Shown here: one piece after another, positions 38,961-52,950 of the stretch | Numbering within the stretch: the first letter of the stretch is position 1 | How the letters are laid out: the number at the start of each line of letters is the position of its first letter | From: Lama guanicoe | Taxonomy: Eukaryota | Reading direction: 5' to 3' | Length of the DNA stretch: 64,000 nt | Assembly (NCBI GenBank): GCA_013239625.1 | Contig: MU054212.1 | Location: forward strand, 3,935,922-3,999,921 | Program-made: the position numbers and the translations under genes | Notes under the pieces: generated by a model | Seen by the model: the letters and a program-made list of their open reading frames with translations, nothing else | What the model was told of the DNA's origin: nothing | Database searches by the model: none

Positions 38961-40339
38961 TAGGTTAGGCTGCCTGTCATCTACGTAACAGGTACAATCC
39001 TGGGAAAAATAATTAAGAGTGTTCATATACTCCAACCTAAGTGCTTCATTTGACTTAATTTATTGAAAATAAAAGCAAAGATTAGTGATGCGATCGCTCC
39101 ATCTTTACGTAAGTCTTACCTGCCCTCCTCCAAGTGTAGGGCAATAGAGACATTTTCCCTTCCGGTTTCTCCCCGTTGAGTTTTGTTTTTCCCCCATGAT
39201 ATGATTCTACCCATACCATAAAACTGAAACTTTCAAGACCTGTCTGTATGATGTTAATATCTACATATCTCTACATTACAGGACAGACAGCAGCATGGGA
39301 TCAAAAGAAGAGCAAGAAATGAAAGGACGGAAGTGTAACAGGAAAGAAAGGTTTAGTGACAAATGCTGACTTAGCCATAAATGTACCACTGCACGTTTAC
39401 AGCCAAGCAAAGCGCTCCGTCTTCTATTACATACGGCGTTTAGTAACATCAGCGTTAGTCCTCACTGTGTTAACGTAATCAAAGAAAATAACCAAACTGT
39501 TTCAAAAGAATACTGTTAAAAAGAGTAAGAGCCAAAGTTCTCATTAAAGAGAATAACATAAAAAAAAAAAGGCTAAAACTGGGTGACGAGTTGTTACTGT
39601 TTTTTAACACATTTACAGTTTGCTGGGGTGGGGGGGCGGTGTGTGCGTGTGTACGTGCTGATCTCAGGATGGGAGCGATGTGAAGTCATACCAGGTTTTG
39701 CTGTGTTTGAGATTTTAAGACTAAAACTCAAATAGTGCACCTAAGAGAGGCTGTGCCAGCAGACCTTAATGGTTATTGATGCATTCCATTAATTTATATT
39801 AAAACCAGCCTTTTATTTCTTAAGATTATTCATTTAAAAACATGTAGAAGTTACAGTGTAGTTACATGGGAAATTTTAAAAGCTGAATTGCTTAAGAAAG
39901 GAGAGAATATGCCTAATTACTAGCTAAAAAGTGTATTTTGTTATGTTTAAAAAGGAACTCTCCAAATCCTGAAAATTTACTAATTAAACAGACATAAAGT
40001 TATTTTCCTTGCTCCCTGACATGACCAAGTAATGACAGTGGCGGCAACTTCGTAAAACATTAGAAAATCCAAAACCAAAAAATAATCTAAGAAACATAAA
40101 GAATTTGAACCTTCAAAAAATATTTCCCTTAAGAGAAACCATGTGGGAACCACAACAGGTCTAAAGTGGACTGTGTTCAGGCAGGGGATATGGTACAGAG
40201 CAGACTCTGAGTGAACGAAACAGGAAGACTGGGGAAAATTTCCCTGTGATTTTCACCAGGTACAGCCACTGTCACCAAGGCCAGCTTTTCACAGGGACGG
40301 AGAGACAACAGTAAAAGCCTTGCCACTAGCGCCTAAGTC

Positions 40340-40428
40340 CCATGCACTGTGTATCTCATGCAATGCCTGGTACTAGACCTCCACTTAAAGAGGGCTTAAT
40401 AAAGAACCAAAATGAATGAATGAATGGA
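40340..40428 (+). mobile_element. L2 3' terminus
   Basis: caatgcctggtac...gggcttaataaa...aatgaatgaatgaatg. Confidence 0.6.
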
Positions 40429-40714
40429 ACAGCATTCATTCATCAGACACAAACCACCCCTGCTAGGGAACAAATGCGCCTCCAGGAGTAATTAAGTGCC
40501 ATCCACCAAACCACCAAATTCCTCAGAGATCAAAGTTCTGGAATTTGAGATCATCACGTTTTCCAGTTGAAGGAGATGCCATGCATAATTTACAAGCATT
40601 CAATAATGCCTCAATATTGACCACATGGAGCGGACATTCAATAAATGGTCTGTAACGATGCAAATATAGAAAATGACATTTCTTCTACTTAGATACACAA
40701 ACTCTACCATGCCC

Positions 40715-41167
40715 TAGGACAGATACTGTAACCCATTATTTACTCTCGCCTTCTTCCAAAGGGCACACTGAAGCTCAGAGTAAGTGCTATTTCCCTGCCT
40801 TCCTTCAGGTGGTTGTGCCTCACACGAAGCCTCTGGCCAGTGGGATGCGGGGGCAAGTGATGTGGGCAACGTCCAGACTGTGCCTTTCTGAAGAAGGGGT
40901 AATTCTCCACCTTTCAGTTGCTGGGACTGTAAACTTGAAGATTAGTTACCTTGGACTGTGCAAGCAAGTCCAACACTCTAGGAAGGCTGAACGGTAAGAA
41001 AGGAGCCAGGATCTCTGGACGACTTCACGAAGCAAAGCCATCCCACCTTCCCTGAACGTCCAATGTCAACTTTCAGATGGTTGCACAAAAGGGAAATAAA
41101 CTTCCTTCTTGTTCAAGTGATTGATGTTTCTAGTTTCTGTATCTTTGTATCTTACCTCATTCATACA
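40715..41167 (+). mobile_element. Old MaLR LTR (MLT1J/MLT1I-like)
   Basis: tatttccctgccttcctt...tctggccagtgggatg...caagtgatgtgggcaac...gaaataaacttccttcttgttcaag...cataca. Confidence 0.7.
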
Positions 41168-42329
41168 CCAAGTGAACAAAACCCACTCTTTTTAATTATC
41201 CCTAAGTATTCCGGCTAAATTATAATACACACACCCAACTGAAACAATACACACAGACACACACATATGTACGTACCATACTTGTGTGTCACATACTTGC
41301 ATCTGTGTGCATAGGTCCCAATCTCCTTTAGATGGAATACTATGCTGACAGACCCAACATATTTCTTACACTTCTTCTCCCTAATGCTTTTGTCTGGATT
41401 AGATGCTTTCAAATATGACTAGTTGAGAACTGGGGCAAAGAAATTACAGAATACTCAGTCATAGAAAAGATACAGATGTTGATACAAAAACTGTATACAT
41501 CACTCAGTTTTCTCCAAAGAGTTTTGCTGTTATGTACAGAGATAGGAAATGTGTACATGCCTATATATGACTAAAATTGGTATTTCATCCAAAAGGACGT
41601 GGCTAGACAGCCTGTGTGTACGGAAAAGACAAGATGTGACCATAATAAAGAAGACAGATGAGCAGTAATATAAAAGTGATAGATATAAAAGGAAGGCATG
41701 ATTTATGCCCGAGTCAGACAGAAAACCTATGGTCCTCCATCGACCCCATCTATCCAGTCCTAAATTGTACACCTAAGAGTTCACTCTGAAGCAACACTCA
41801 GACACAACATGTAATGTCATCGCTAGACACAGGTATCACCCATACCATCAAAAGTTGTCTTGTTGTTTTTATTTCCTTTGGTAACAATATCCTGATTCAG
41901 AAATTAAATTGTTTGGCAAGGGTTTCCAGCCCTTCTCAAGAGAAACGCCCATTAGCCACAGGTGTAAGCTTTTACTCAAGGAATTTGACTCTGCCCACAG
42001 GCACCGGGACAGTTTATAGCTAACAGGCTCATTACAAGTCAAGGACAAATAGAGAAATCCATGGAAACCACAGTGAAACACTAATGTTATTCTTCTGCGC
42101 AGTTTTACATAAGTACCCAGTACTTAGAATAAGTTTTACTCAGTAACCAGCTTTCAATCAACTGAAACGACCACAAGAAATCCTCAGTCTGCTGGTCACC
42201 AGGGGTGAAGGGTCAACAGAGAACACTTAAGCAAACCAGATGGTCCAGCACAAGATTACAAACGACATGCGAAAACATGGGAATGTTTTCTTAAAGAAAC
42301 ACGTATTTTCATCTTAACCGCTCAATTTA

Positions 42330-43420
42330 AACGACTCCCCAGGGCCTCCACGCTGCCCGTTCACCAACAGCAACCTTTTCATTATGCCTCATTATGTCTT
42401 GGCCTCCCTGCAGTATTTGAACTCCTTGGTCATCATTCCTTCATTCCTGAGATTTTCTGTCCTTGGCTTACTGTTGCTCCGACTTCTCTCCTAACCCCCT
42501 CCAGCTCCACATGTGGTCCCCACCATGTGGTCCGAGGCATTCTTTCGTCTTCTCTTGATTCTGGGCTTCCAAGCACCAACAGTAACTAACTAGATATTTT
42601 AGATTTTCAAACCTCTTCCCCAACTCAAAGTAAATCCAAGCCACAGCTGTTGGATGTCCTCCCCTCAGTGATCTTCCAATGATCAGAGCTCTTTATCCTC
42701 TTCCATTAATCCAACAGAAATCTACCGAGTATTGACTGTGCCTGGGATTAGGGTTACCAGGAAAAACAAGGTCACGGTCATGCCATAAAATAACACCATG
42801 CTCCCAATGGTGTGAGAAATTGTAAAAGGTTCAGCTGTGGGTGTGAGAGCACCTATCCCTGTGGCTGTTCAAAGAGCTGCGACACTTGAGTGGGGTTTGT
42901 AAAAATCACAAGCAGAGAAGGAAGAAGGGAGGGAGGGGAGGAGAAGATGATAGTGATCCATGCCGAGGTGCACCGCACAGGGAGGGCAGGAACCGCACAC
43001 ACTTCACCCAGCAGAACCACCGGGGCTAGAAAAGGAGGATGGGCTTCCCTTCTCACCCCTGAAACCTGGTCCTGGTGCTTCTTTATTCCAGTGAGTGGTC
43101 CCAGCAATCTTCTAGTTACTTCTATGTACATCTTAAAAAGTCCTAGGCTCCTTTCTCCTGGTACCCCATACCCAACAAATGCCAAGCAGAAAATCTCAGC
43201 TGGTTTCATCAAATTCATGCCTCTGTTTTCAGGCCAAGCTCAAGTGCCTCGTCTGCAGGAAGTCCTTCCCAGCCTCCACCACAGATATGAGTGTCACTCC
43301 TTCCAGGGTCCCCGGACACTTCAACTGTCCGTATTTGTGCTCAGCTCCACTGTTTGAAGAAAAGCTCAGAGAAAGCAAAACTGCTTCTGTGCACATATGT
43401 GTTACAGTATTTGTACACAC
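42330..43420. mobile_element. Cluster of L2 fragments (mostly +, with a minus-strand piece near 42700-42950)
   Basis: cttggcctccctgcagtatttgaactc resembles the L2 RT DLSAAFDT region; ttcaggccaagctcaagtgcctcgtctgcaggaagtccttccc resembles the L2 3' region. Confidence 0.55.
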
Positions 43421-45829
43421 CAGGTGCTCAAAGCTGCGATCTCTTCTCCAAGCAGGTCTTTTATTTTCTCTCCGTCTTCACACTGGCTCTTACTAATGAG
43501 GGCACGTTAACAATCTCATTTTACTCTATTAGCAAAGTCAGCATAAATTAAAGTTAGTGACATTGGGTTTTATTTTAATTCATGGACTCCATGGAAGCGG
43601 GGGACAAGGCCATGTGCAAAATTCCTTGCAAGTCTAGAACTCTGGTCTTCGATCTTCTAAAAAAATGGCTAAGTAGAAATTGTTAGTATGAAGACTTCTA
43701 ATTATAAAACACTGAGAAATAAACAGTTTTAAGTCAATACCATGTAAGGTGATGTCTTGAAACTTTCTTGAACACAACTCTTTTGGCACACTAGAAGTCT
43801 TGTACTTCATTCTTGCCTAAGAATATAAACACTAGCTTACAACACTTAGTAAAACAGAAACCAGAAAATAAAAAAAACCTCCAGTGGGTCTCCTATTAAT
43901 TATTTAACTGTCATATAAAAAACAAGCAATTTCTAATAAATAGGACAAGCTTTATGGAGATAAACTCTCCAAGCAGTAACAAGCTTGGGACATTTTTAGA
44001 TCAGGATGAAAGCTTGTAAAAAATATTTCAAGATATAAGTAGCCAGCAAGGTGACAAATTGTGTTTCAGCACTTTGTGTAAGAGATCAGTTTTCAGGCAT
44101 CAGTACCTGCCTGCACATCTCAATGCAAGGGTTAGAAAACGGGTATCCCAGATGCTCTAAAACACTGCTCTAAATAGATAAATATTTTTAAAGTTAAGAT
44201 GAGAACTGTTTAAAAAGTCTAAGAACAAATCCTGAACAAACCATAAAAACTCAGAAGAAAGCACAATAAATTGCAATTTGTTTTATTCATGCTGCGGATG
44301 AATCTATATAAAAATTACAGCTGACAGATAGCCTCTCTGCTAATCCAGAGACTTCACAAGCACGCCGCTGACCTGTGGGCATACTTTCATAAAAGGAAGG
44401 ATTTTATTCAAGGCCGTTTAGCGGCAATCATCTTACATGATTAAGTCATAGATATTACCGAAGCAGTATTCTGCTGATACTAATTTTCCTCTCTGGAATC
44501 ACATGATTTCTCTTCACTCCTTCGTTATTATAGGAAACATGTCTTTGGACAGACTGGGGAGTGAGCTCTGTGGATAGAGCTTGTCCAGAGGGGGCTCCAA
44601 AGCGCTGCTCCCTCCTGGGTAATAAAAAAAACTCTCTACCATAATTTTGATTGTGCTTTTGAACAGAAAAACAGACACCTTCTTAGCCCGGCAGTGATGT
44701 TTGCGAGAGAACTGAAATACAGACTTCATTACCCTGTATTGATCTCACTAAATAAAGGGTTCTGAATGTATTGATCAGCTCGGATTAAACCCCTAACTGT
44801 TTGCAGGACTCTGCACGATGTGAAGGCCAGTTCACTGAAGAAGGAAGAACAGAAAGCACTTTTGTTCCCGGGCAACCACAGAGCAGCGTTTTACACTAAG
44901 TAGTAGATTAACATGATTAAAATAATAGACAGCATTCAGTTAGGGGACAGGCAGGGAGGTACAACTGGTGTGAAATTGAAAGATTTCTCCATTTGAAAAA
45001 TGATGTGATAATAAGTTAAAGGTAAAATGATTTTAAAAAGAGGAGTATCTTCTTTGCATACTTCTAAGCAGAAAGGCGATTTCGTCTCCTTAATACAGTT
45101 GTTCCCCTGAAGCCCCCCAAATACGCCTGCAGTGATTTTAACTCTCTATATGCAGCTTCCCCCTTGCCCGTGTCATTTTCAATATTACTGTGAAACTTTG
45201 CATTCACATCATCGCACGCATCACAAGGAGGGGTAAATCCGAGATTAGTTTTAAGGTTCATTTTGTACATCTACTCATTTTCATGTGGAAGGACGTGATT
45301 TTCTTTAGTCAAACTCAATTTTCACTCAAAATGCCTGACTATGTGGCGAACTGATCTTATTACAATGAAATATTGCTGCCAAAATTTCCAGCAGGCTTTA
45401 ATCTCGCAAGAAGAGAAACTATGCCCCTTTATCCTGGTTTCCAGAACACAGGCCAGGCATGTTTCCAGATTTTGTTAGTGTCCGTTTTTACACTTTCAAA
45501 TTCTCGATTTTGAAACAAATAAAGGGAAAACCTATCTATTTTTCTAAACACCAGCCACGGGAGTATTTCTGAAAAGTCCTTGTACTTTCTCTTCCACATT
45601 CAGCGAGTTAAGGACTCTGCTATACCACCATACTTACTCATTACTGTTACCTGCCATTACTACTCCAATACCACCACTGTATTTAAAAGACAGGAAGACA
45701 ATGATTTAGTATTAAATCACTGCATTAATCTCCTTGTTACTTCTTAAGTCTTTTCAACCTCACTGACTAATAATGATTAAAGTATGACTCACTTAAAGAA
45801 ATAAGGTAGTTGGCTGTAGTTCAGAGCGG

Positions 45830-46050
45830 GAAGCAGTGGTGGGGAAATCCAGCCTAGGAACTGGATTCAAACCTGAATGCAATCTGAGTCCGGGTTCAGC
45901 CACAAGAGGGCTAGGCAGTGCAGTATCTCAGGTGAGCTGCTAGGCTTTGAAGCTTCACTATTATGGAGTATTTTCTGCCTACTCACTGGGTTGATTCTGC
46001 AATTTTAAGACAGTTATTTGCAAACAGTATGAGATACAAATGTGAGTTAT
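45830..46050 (+). mobile_element. MIR SINE (degenerate)
   Basis: ctgagtccgggttcagccac...ctgcctactcactgggttgattctgcaattttaagacagttatttgcaaa. Confidence 0.5.
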
Positions 46051-49000
46051 TTAAAAAAAAAACTGCCTGGGGTTTAGATTCTAACACCTTTATGTCCACT
46101 GTATCAGGAGAACACCATCGCCGTGACTCCGATAATCAGGACTTTTTAGTTGGGGAGGAAGGAGGGAGAGAGTTCTACTTTAGTATTTATGTTTCAGAAT
46201 ATGAAGTATGAGGAAAACTCTTTAAGTTCCTTCCTCTGAAAGTCAAGAAGCCAGAAAGCCAGTACATTACTGCCCAGCCATTGATTCATTTAACCAATAT
46301 TTACAAAGTACCAAGAATGAATAAAGCAGCCACCACTCAATTAATACACTGAATACAAAACACTTAAGACCTGCCAGCAGTGATTCCAAGGAAGACAGGA
46401 GGTGGAAGAGAGTTAAGACTCAAAGAAAATATTTTAAAATTAATCTTCTTCTTAAAAAGGAGGCCAGGATTCAGTGGAAATACGCTGAAGTGGGAGAGGA
46501 ATGAGGAACTCAACCCAATAATTTGTTTTATAGAAATGGACTTACCTACCCTATGTTAATTTATTAAATGTAAACATTAAATGCAAATTAACTTGAACGG
46601 TAAGACTAGTATGGAAGGGAGACCTCCACCTGCCTAGAACCACTAGGTGGGCAGAGGGTGCTGGCAGGTTCTGGAAAGACAGATCAGCACACGCAAAGAT
46701 AGGGCACCACAACCCAGTGGTGCCTCCAGGACCCATCAGTAAATAGTCCCATATGACTGGGCCCAGAGTGTCCACAAGGGCCGTGGGGCGAAGAATCTGC
46801 AGAGATGAGTTTCAGGCCCGGATTCTGCAAGTGAAGGCCTTGCAGGGTAACCTCAGGTGGCTCGACTTCCTCCCTCCCCACGGCACCGCTGGCCCACGGA
46901 AGCCCACGGTGAGGTCTTAGGCAGGACTCAGACACAGCACCTGCTCTGTACAACAAATTCAAGCAGCAGTATGGAATACCGCTTGGAGAGGAATCTGTAT
47001 TATAAAGAAAAGATAAACGCTGTGTTACTCAATAAATCATCTTCTTTTGTATAGAAAATGAATGAGTGTCCAGCTATCCAATCCACCAACCTGATGTGGA
47101 GGAAATACTAACACGTACAGGGCTTCCCCCCCCAGTTCCCATGGGAGCAGTCTGGGATTCGGCTGAGGGATTCAACCTCTGAGTGGCTTGGAAATTTATA
47201 AGCTTCCCCCTAATAAGAGCAAATTCAAATTCTGGTAGCCATAGTGACAGCTTGTCTGAAACTTGGGAAGCGGCCATGAGTGCAAAGCCCTGAGGTGAAG
47301 GAAAAAATGCTTTTTAGTGGGCGGTGGTCAAAAACCAATTTACCCTTTCACACATACATTTAAGATTTTATTTAATGTTATTAAAATAATGCTGAGTCCA
47401 CTTTTTCACAAGGAAAATAATCTTTTGACAGAGCACAAAGGCTGATTACAACTCAGTAATTTAAGCCATGCCCCACCCCCCCAAAACCCTACAAATATGT
47501 ATACATAATTAGATATGAAAAAATTGGGATTTATTATGTTTGGAAGCAGAGGTACCCTAATGTATACGAGTCCTTCAATTTTCATATGCACTTAATTAGA
47601 AAATTCTTTCATAAAGGAACAAAAATGTGTGCCATTTCCTCTTTCATTTCATATAAACATATGGACTCAGCTCACTGTATGGTTAACATATTGTGAAGCT
47701 CCGTGTGCTCAGCCATCAAAGTGCATGGGTGACGCTGGCCAAGGGTGATGGTGGCCAAATATCTTGCCAAGTTGAACTATTACCTATTAATGTATAACCC
47801 TGAAAATATGCTCAGGGACAAATATTTGAGTTAATGACTGAAAAGATAAATGACTGAGGACAAGTTGGCTGCCATCCTGGGACGCCGCCGATGTTCCCAG
47901 GACACGTGACAAAAAGAAACAGTAAAACAGCGTGGTCGGCAGGCCAGGAACAACTCCAGTGGAGTTCGGGCAACTCATTATCCCACTCTTGATGCCTTTT
48001 AAAAATGTTGTCATGAAATTCCTTGTCAGCTTTTCATTTGGCTTTTCTGTAATCAAATGCACAATTAAAATCATAGATATATCAGGTTCCGAATGATTAG
48101 GCTCTGAATATGTAATTAGGTTCTGGATGATAACTAGAGTTCACCCTCTTTCCTAGATGATGCATTGAGAACTCTATGCGTACAATGCAATATAAAAGTG
48201 TGTACCTACCACATCAGACGTGTGTATATTTATTTCTCATGTATTCAGCTACCCTCCAAAGAACACTGATGGCTAAAGTGTAATATTCAGTGCTATTCTA
48301 ATAAGTTTCAACGGCATTCATGAATTAAGGAACTAACCGAATGCTGGGTTTAGCATTAATCCCATTATTAATAAGGCCACCTGCCAACAAGGACACAGAA
48401 GCACAATAAATAGAATGAGCTTTGCCACATATTCAATACACACTCCAGTTACCTGGTTCTGGCAGATACACCAGTGGTACAAACCAAAGCCTATCTCAAC
48501 CAGTGTTTTGCTTACATTTGAAAGTAAATTTGTAAACTAATTTCAGATGTAGCCAACAATGGGCAGGTCAAATCCACACTCTAATACCATCAGACATTTA
48601 CCTATAGGTTTCAGATCTATCCTAGCCCACTCAAAACAATTTGGCATCATATATTATGTGATTTTTGTCCCTTCTATATGCAAACAGACCTTAGAATTGC
48701 CTTTGTCTAAACTGGTTAATAGCTCCTCCAAATTATAAGTTATATGAAAATTATAATTTGCCTTTCAAAACATCATTGAGCCCAAAGTTGGCACATTCCT
48801 AATGTTGTTTTTTCCTCTGAAAAAAATAAAAATGAATCCTAGCACTTTACTATTTTAAAATTACAGCTTTAAAAATTGTTAACTCACAAACAAGATACAA
48901 CTACCTACACATAAAAATCTGTCTATGACTTAAGTAAATATGCTTTAATTGTAATTATCAAAAAACAATTGAAAGGAGACGGCCTTGATGACTTTGGTCA

Positions 49001-50198
49001 AAATAGAACAAAGATAAAATATCAAAACTTCATTCTTCTTAATGGAAGTCCAGCTTATGATTTGCGACACAGATGAGACTCCGGCCACAACTTGGAAAAT
49101 ACAAATTTTTATCATACAAAAATAAAAAAGAATGTGGATTCTATTCATATGTCAGCAATCATAATTTACATGCCTTTCTTATTACCCATTTTTAGGACAT
49201 CTAGAACTACATAAGAGAGGTGTTACTAGGTCAAAAAGCCAAATTTTTGGAATAATGCCGCATTAAGCATAGTGTCTCTTCTCTACTACATCCTCGGCAG
49301 AATAATGAACCTCTTTTCATTTGTAAAGTGGATATACAGTCACAGAGCTCACACCTAACAGATGATTGTACAGCAGACCGGTGGTAACCCACAAAAAGCA
49401 CTCCCATATCCAATACACAGTGTTCAGTACATAAATATTAGTCAGAAGCATTATGATCACTGTGGAACTGCATTAACACTAACAGAGTGACCATGGGCAC
49501 GGGGAGGTCACGGCGGCTACTGGAGTACCATTTCTGCTGGAGAACAGACCAAAAACCACTCTAAAAAAGCAAAGCGAATACAATGCTTTTCAAAGCGCAG
49601 ATAACAACAGATGATTAGTATAATTTGGAACGGTATGGAAAATGAAATGCATCACGGTCCAGGGTGAGCGTACTGTCTTGTGAAATGTGTATACAGAGGA
49701 TCACAGTATAAAATGTATTTCTGACAATGTGTCCCCATCATGACAATCTGAGGACACGGGGATACATCCACCCCAAACTGGACATCTGTGAAGTAGTCAC
49801 ACCAAGTCTGGCTGGGGTCTAGATGGCAGAATTAATTGGCGAAAGTCCTGAGAAAATGGAGAGCAGCAAGATGTGAGCAGGGAGCCCTGCAGAGAGGACT
49901 GAGCTCCGTCTCCAGGGACCAGAGTCTAAAATTAATGTTACCTCCATTGGGGCGCAGAGAATGGTAATGCTGCCAAGACTTTCCAAAGCAGAGCTCCACT
50001 GAGAGGGCAAAAAACCCTTTTTTAAAGCAATAGAGAAGAGTGAAAGGATTAAATATCCACAGGAGGCTGAGACTTCAGTGATCCCAAACTTTGATGCGCT
50101 CTCTTTAAGAGTTAATTAAAAATTTAGAATCAGAGGCATATATGGGAACACACAGTCATCCATTCAATGGAATCTTTATTTTTCAAAACACCTCCTTA

Positions 50199-50360
50199 AG
50201 GGAACTATATTCAGTTTCTTATAATGAGTCATAATGGAAAAGAAACTGAAAAAAAAAAGTACGTCTGTCTTTGTATAACTGAATCGCTTTGCTGAACACC
50301 TGAAACTGACATTGCAAATTGACTACACTTCAATAAAAAATAAGAATAATTTTAAAAAAA
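50199..50360 (+). mobile_element. Young L1 3'-end fragment
   Basis: agggaactatattcag...gtataactgaatcgctttgctgaacacctgaaactgacattgcaaattgactacacttcaataaaa plus A-rich tail. Confidence 0.85.
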
Positions 50361-50645
50361 CTCTTTATACCATGTCCTCAGCTAACCAGACACATAACCC
50401 AAAAATAGTTCCAAAAATCTGAGAAAGCGAATGTCATTTTGGACCAATAGATACCATATAATTTGTTGACAGAATGACCTACACAGAAAGGCTCGAATAA
50501 GACATTCTAAGTTCTCCAGTGTCTGAAAGTGATAATTTCCTTTTACGTTTCTTCTGCTTTTTTCACAAATCTAGAATCATATCATTTTTTTTCCAAAAGT
50601 ACAAAAATCGATGTTTAGTAAATACTGAAGTTTATGCTAGGAACT

Positions 50646-50997
50646 TGCTACAGACTGGATATTTGTGGGTCCCCCAAATTCCTATGCTGAAACCTATTCC
50701 CTGATATGACATTTTTGGAGGCGGAGGCTTTTAGGAGGCGATTAGGTCATGGGGGTGGAGCCCCTATGGTGGGATTAAAAAAAGAAAAAAAGAAAAAACC
50801 CAGTAAGCTCCCTTGCCTTTCCACCATGTGAGGACCCAGTGAGAAGTCAGCTGTCTGAACCAGGAAGCAGAACCTCACCAAATCAGCCGGGGTCCTCATT
50901 TTGGACTTCCCTGCCTCCGGAGCAGGGAGCAGTCAATTTCTGTTGCGTATAATGAGTCTACAGCACTCTGCTACAGCGGTCCGAAAGGATTAAGACA
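50646..50997 (+). mobile_element. MaLR solo LTR, MLT1A-like
   Basis: tgctacagactgga...ccccaaattc...ccatgtgaggac...ttggacttcc...taagaca with TG...CA ends; 5-bp TSD gaact/gaacc. Confidence 0.88.
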
Positions 50998-52819
50998 GAA
51001 CCAAAGAACAAAACTTGTCGGGTAGTGAATTCCCTTTCAACTTTTAAAAACCCAACCCTCCGAACGATTTTTGCATCCTTTATTGTGTAAGAAAAGAGGC
51101 CACAGGAGTGAAGATGATCATAGCAGGGTCCCCATGCAAGCAGCCTGTGGATTTTTAATGCCAACGCCTTCCTTCACTTCTAGGCAAGTTACAGAAACAC
51201 TCTGATAGAATCTTCACACAGCACATCAATCACTGCCATGGTGATTTTCTATTAAGATCTGACCTAGAAAAAGCCCTTAATTTTTCTTCCTGTGCTTCTC
51301 TATTTTACAATGCATTCTTGCAAGAAAATGAAAATACTTTGGAAGAGATTTAGAAAAAAAACTGGGCCATTTAGAGAGAGAAAAGGAAAAGTAGAGATGA
51401 AATTGTTTCTCTGTTTCCAAAGCAGTTTTTGTGGGGCCTAAAACAGTGAGACCCCACAGCTTAGTTACATTTTCCTTTCACCCAAATACTTTCCACCAAT
51501 TCACAAGCTAGCATCCCATTTCCATCTTTCTAAATTACCAAACACTTCACTTTTCTCTTAATTTTCATGATTTCCCTGCCAAGGATGATTCTTTCCTTGA
51601 CCTCATTTCCTATTTCTCAGTAAATCTCTAAACTTTTGTTCCCACTCATTCACTCATTTCATCTATCAGCTCATGTCAAGGTCAGGATTGGGCAGGTACT
51701 ATGCCAGGCACTGGGGTCCTGGGTTCCTAAGTGACACAGTCCCCCGCAGAGCCCTGAACATCGTCTCAGATCCAGAACACAGACCACTGAGCTAAGCAGC
51801 ACCTTCCACGTCTCTATCTTGACACTTCTGTTTCTGGCCGTAACCACAGAAACCAGCTTCTCGTTCCCTCATAGCCATGAAGCCTGTACTCCCATCCTCA
51901 CCCGACCCTCAGAAAGACCCACGATCAACTAGGATGCAACTCACTGTGAGTAACAGAAACTCATCTCGGGCTGCCTTTCACGATCGAATGGGAATAGCTC
52001 TAGGTTATATGAATTCAGCAGTTTAGTAATTTCTATCAAGGGCCAGGCTTCTTGCCTTCTCTTCACACTGCCTGGAAGTGACTGACAGACAAGAACTATG
52101 AGACTATGTTCTTCCTTGTCCTCATCCAAGGAGGAAGAGAATCCTGGAGGGAAAGGGAAGAGGTGGAGGGTGAGGGGGCAAAAGACCTAGACAGACAGGT
52201 TGAAAGGGAGCGAAATTTCCCTAAACTTGACCCCACTGGTCCAAGAGTACCCACTGTGGTAGTAGGAACAGGACTAGGATGTCTTATCACCAGAACCAGA
52301 GGTGGTTTCAGCTTCCTAAGGCTGTGAACTGCAGGGGGCAGTCGGGGGGAGACATCCAGACAGTAACTGAGGGATGAGTCTCGGCAAGGCCACCGGGATG
52401 TCCATCACACAACCGATCTGCATACATCATTCTTCACCTGCCGTTTGCAGCTTTTAAAGTTAGCTTCATCCTTACTGTCCTCTCCGGAATTCATAATGGC
52501 CTAGCTCTCCTTCCCGGTTCTAGATGACTCCTGCCTCATCAGCCAACTCAACCCCTCACTCTGGAACCCAAGGATCTTTAAAAGTTTCTCCCATCAGTCT
52601 ACATTTCGGGGGGAGTGTTCTCCAATAAAAATCTCCTCCCATGTCAGTCTGATCTCACACACACACATTCCTTATCTATCTTTCCTCCTTATCTGCCACT
52701 CTCCAAAGTGGAGCTCAACTGCCTCCTCCAATTCCTCATCCCTGCTGGATCTGGCTCCTCACTTACCTGAATTTCCAGGTACTCCCTATGGACGCAGCCT
52801 GGTACATCAGGAAGAAGAA

Positions 52820-52950
52820 GGGAGTGGAAACCCCACAGACCTGGATTCAACTCCCGGTGCCACCACTTGCTAATGGTATGCCCTGGGCAAATAGCTTTCA
52901 AAATGTTTGCGTCTGAATTTCCTTATCTGTAACACAGGTAAGGACTAAAG
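52820..52950 (+). mobile_element. MIR SINE
   Basis: cagacctggattcaactcccggtgccaccacttgctaatggtatgccctgggcaaatagc...tttccttatctgtaa. Confidence 0.8.

Noticed and set aside
39114..39215. Exon ending at strong minus-strand donor CAG|gtaaga
   Set aside because: No convincing acceptor upstream and no recognisable reading frame.
41250..41310. miRNA-like hairpin
   Set aside because: Pairing comes from low-complexity CA/TG runs; no known mature miRNA recognised.
42890..43357. Longest ORF (155 aa) as a protein-coding gene
   Set aside because: Non-ATG start, overlaps L2 remnants, overlapped by ORFs in other frames and strands, no recognisable domain.
45064..45270. 68-aa ATG ORF (MYKMNLKTNLGF...) as a micropeptide
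   Set aside because: No recognisable homology, promoter or splice context; the length is within chance expectation.
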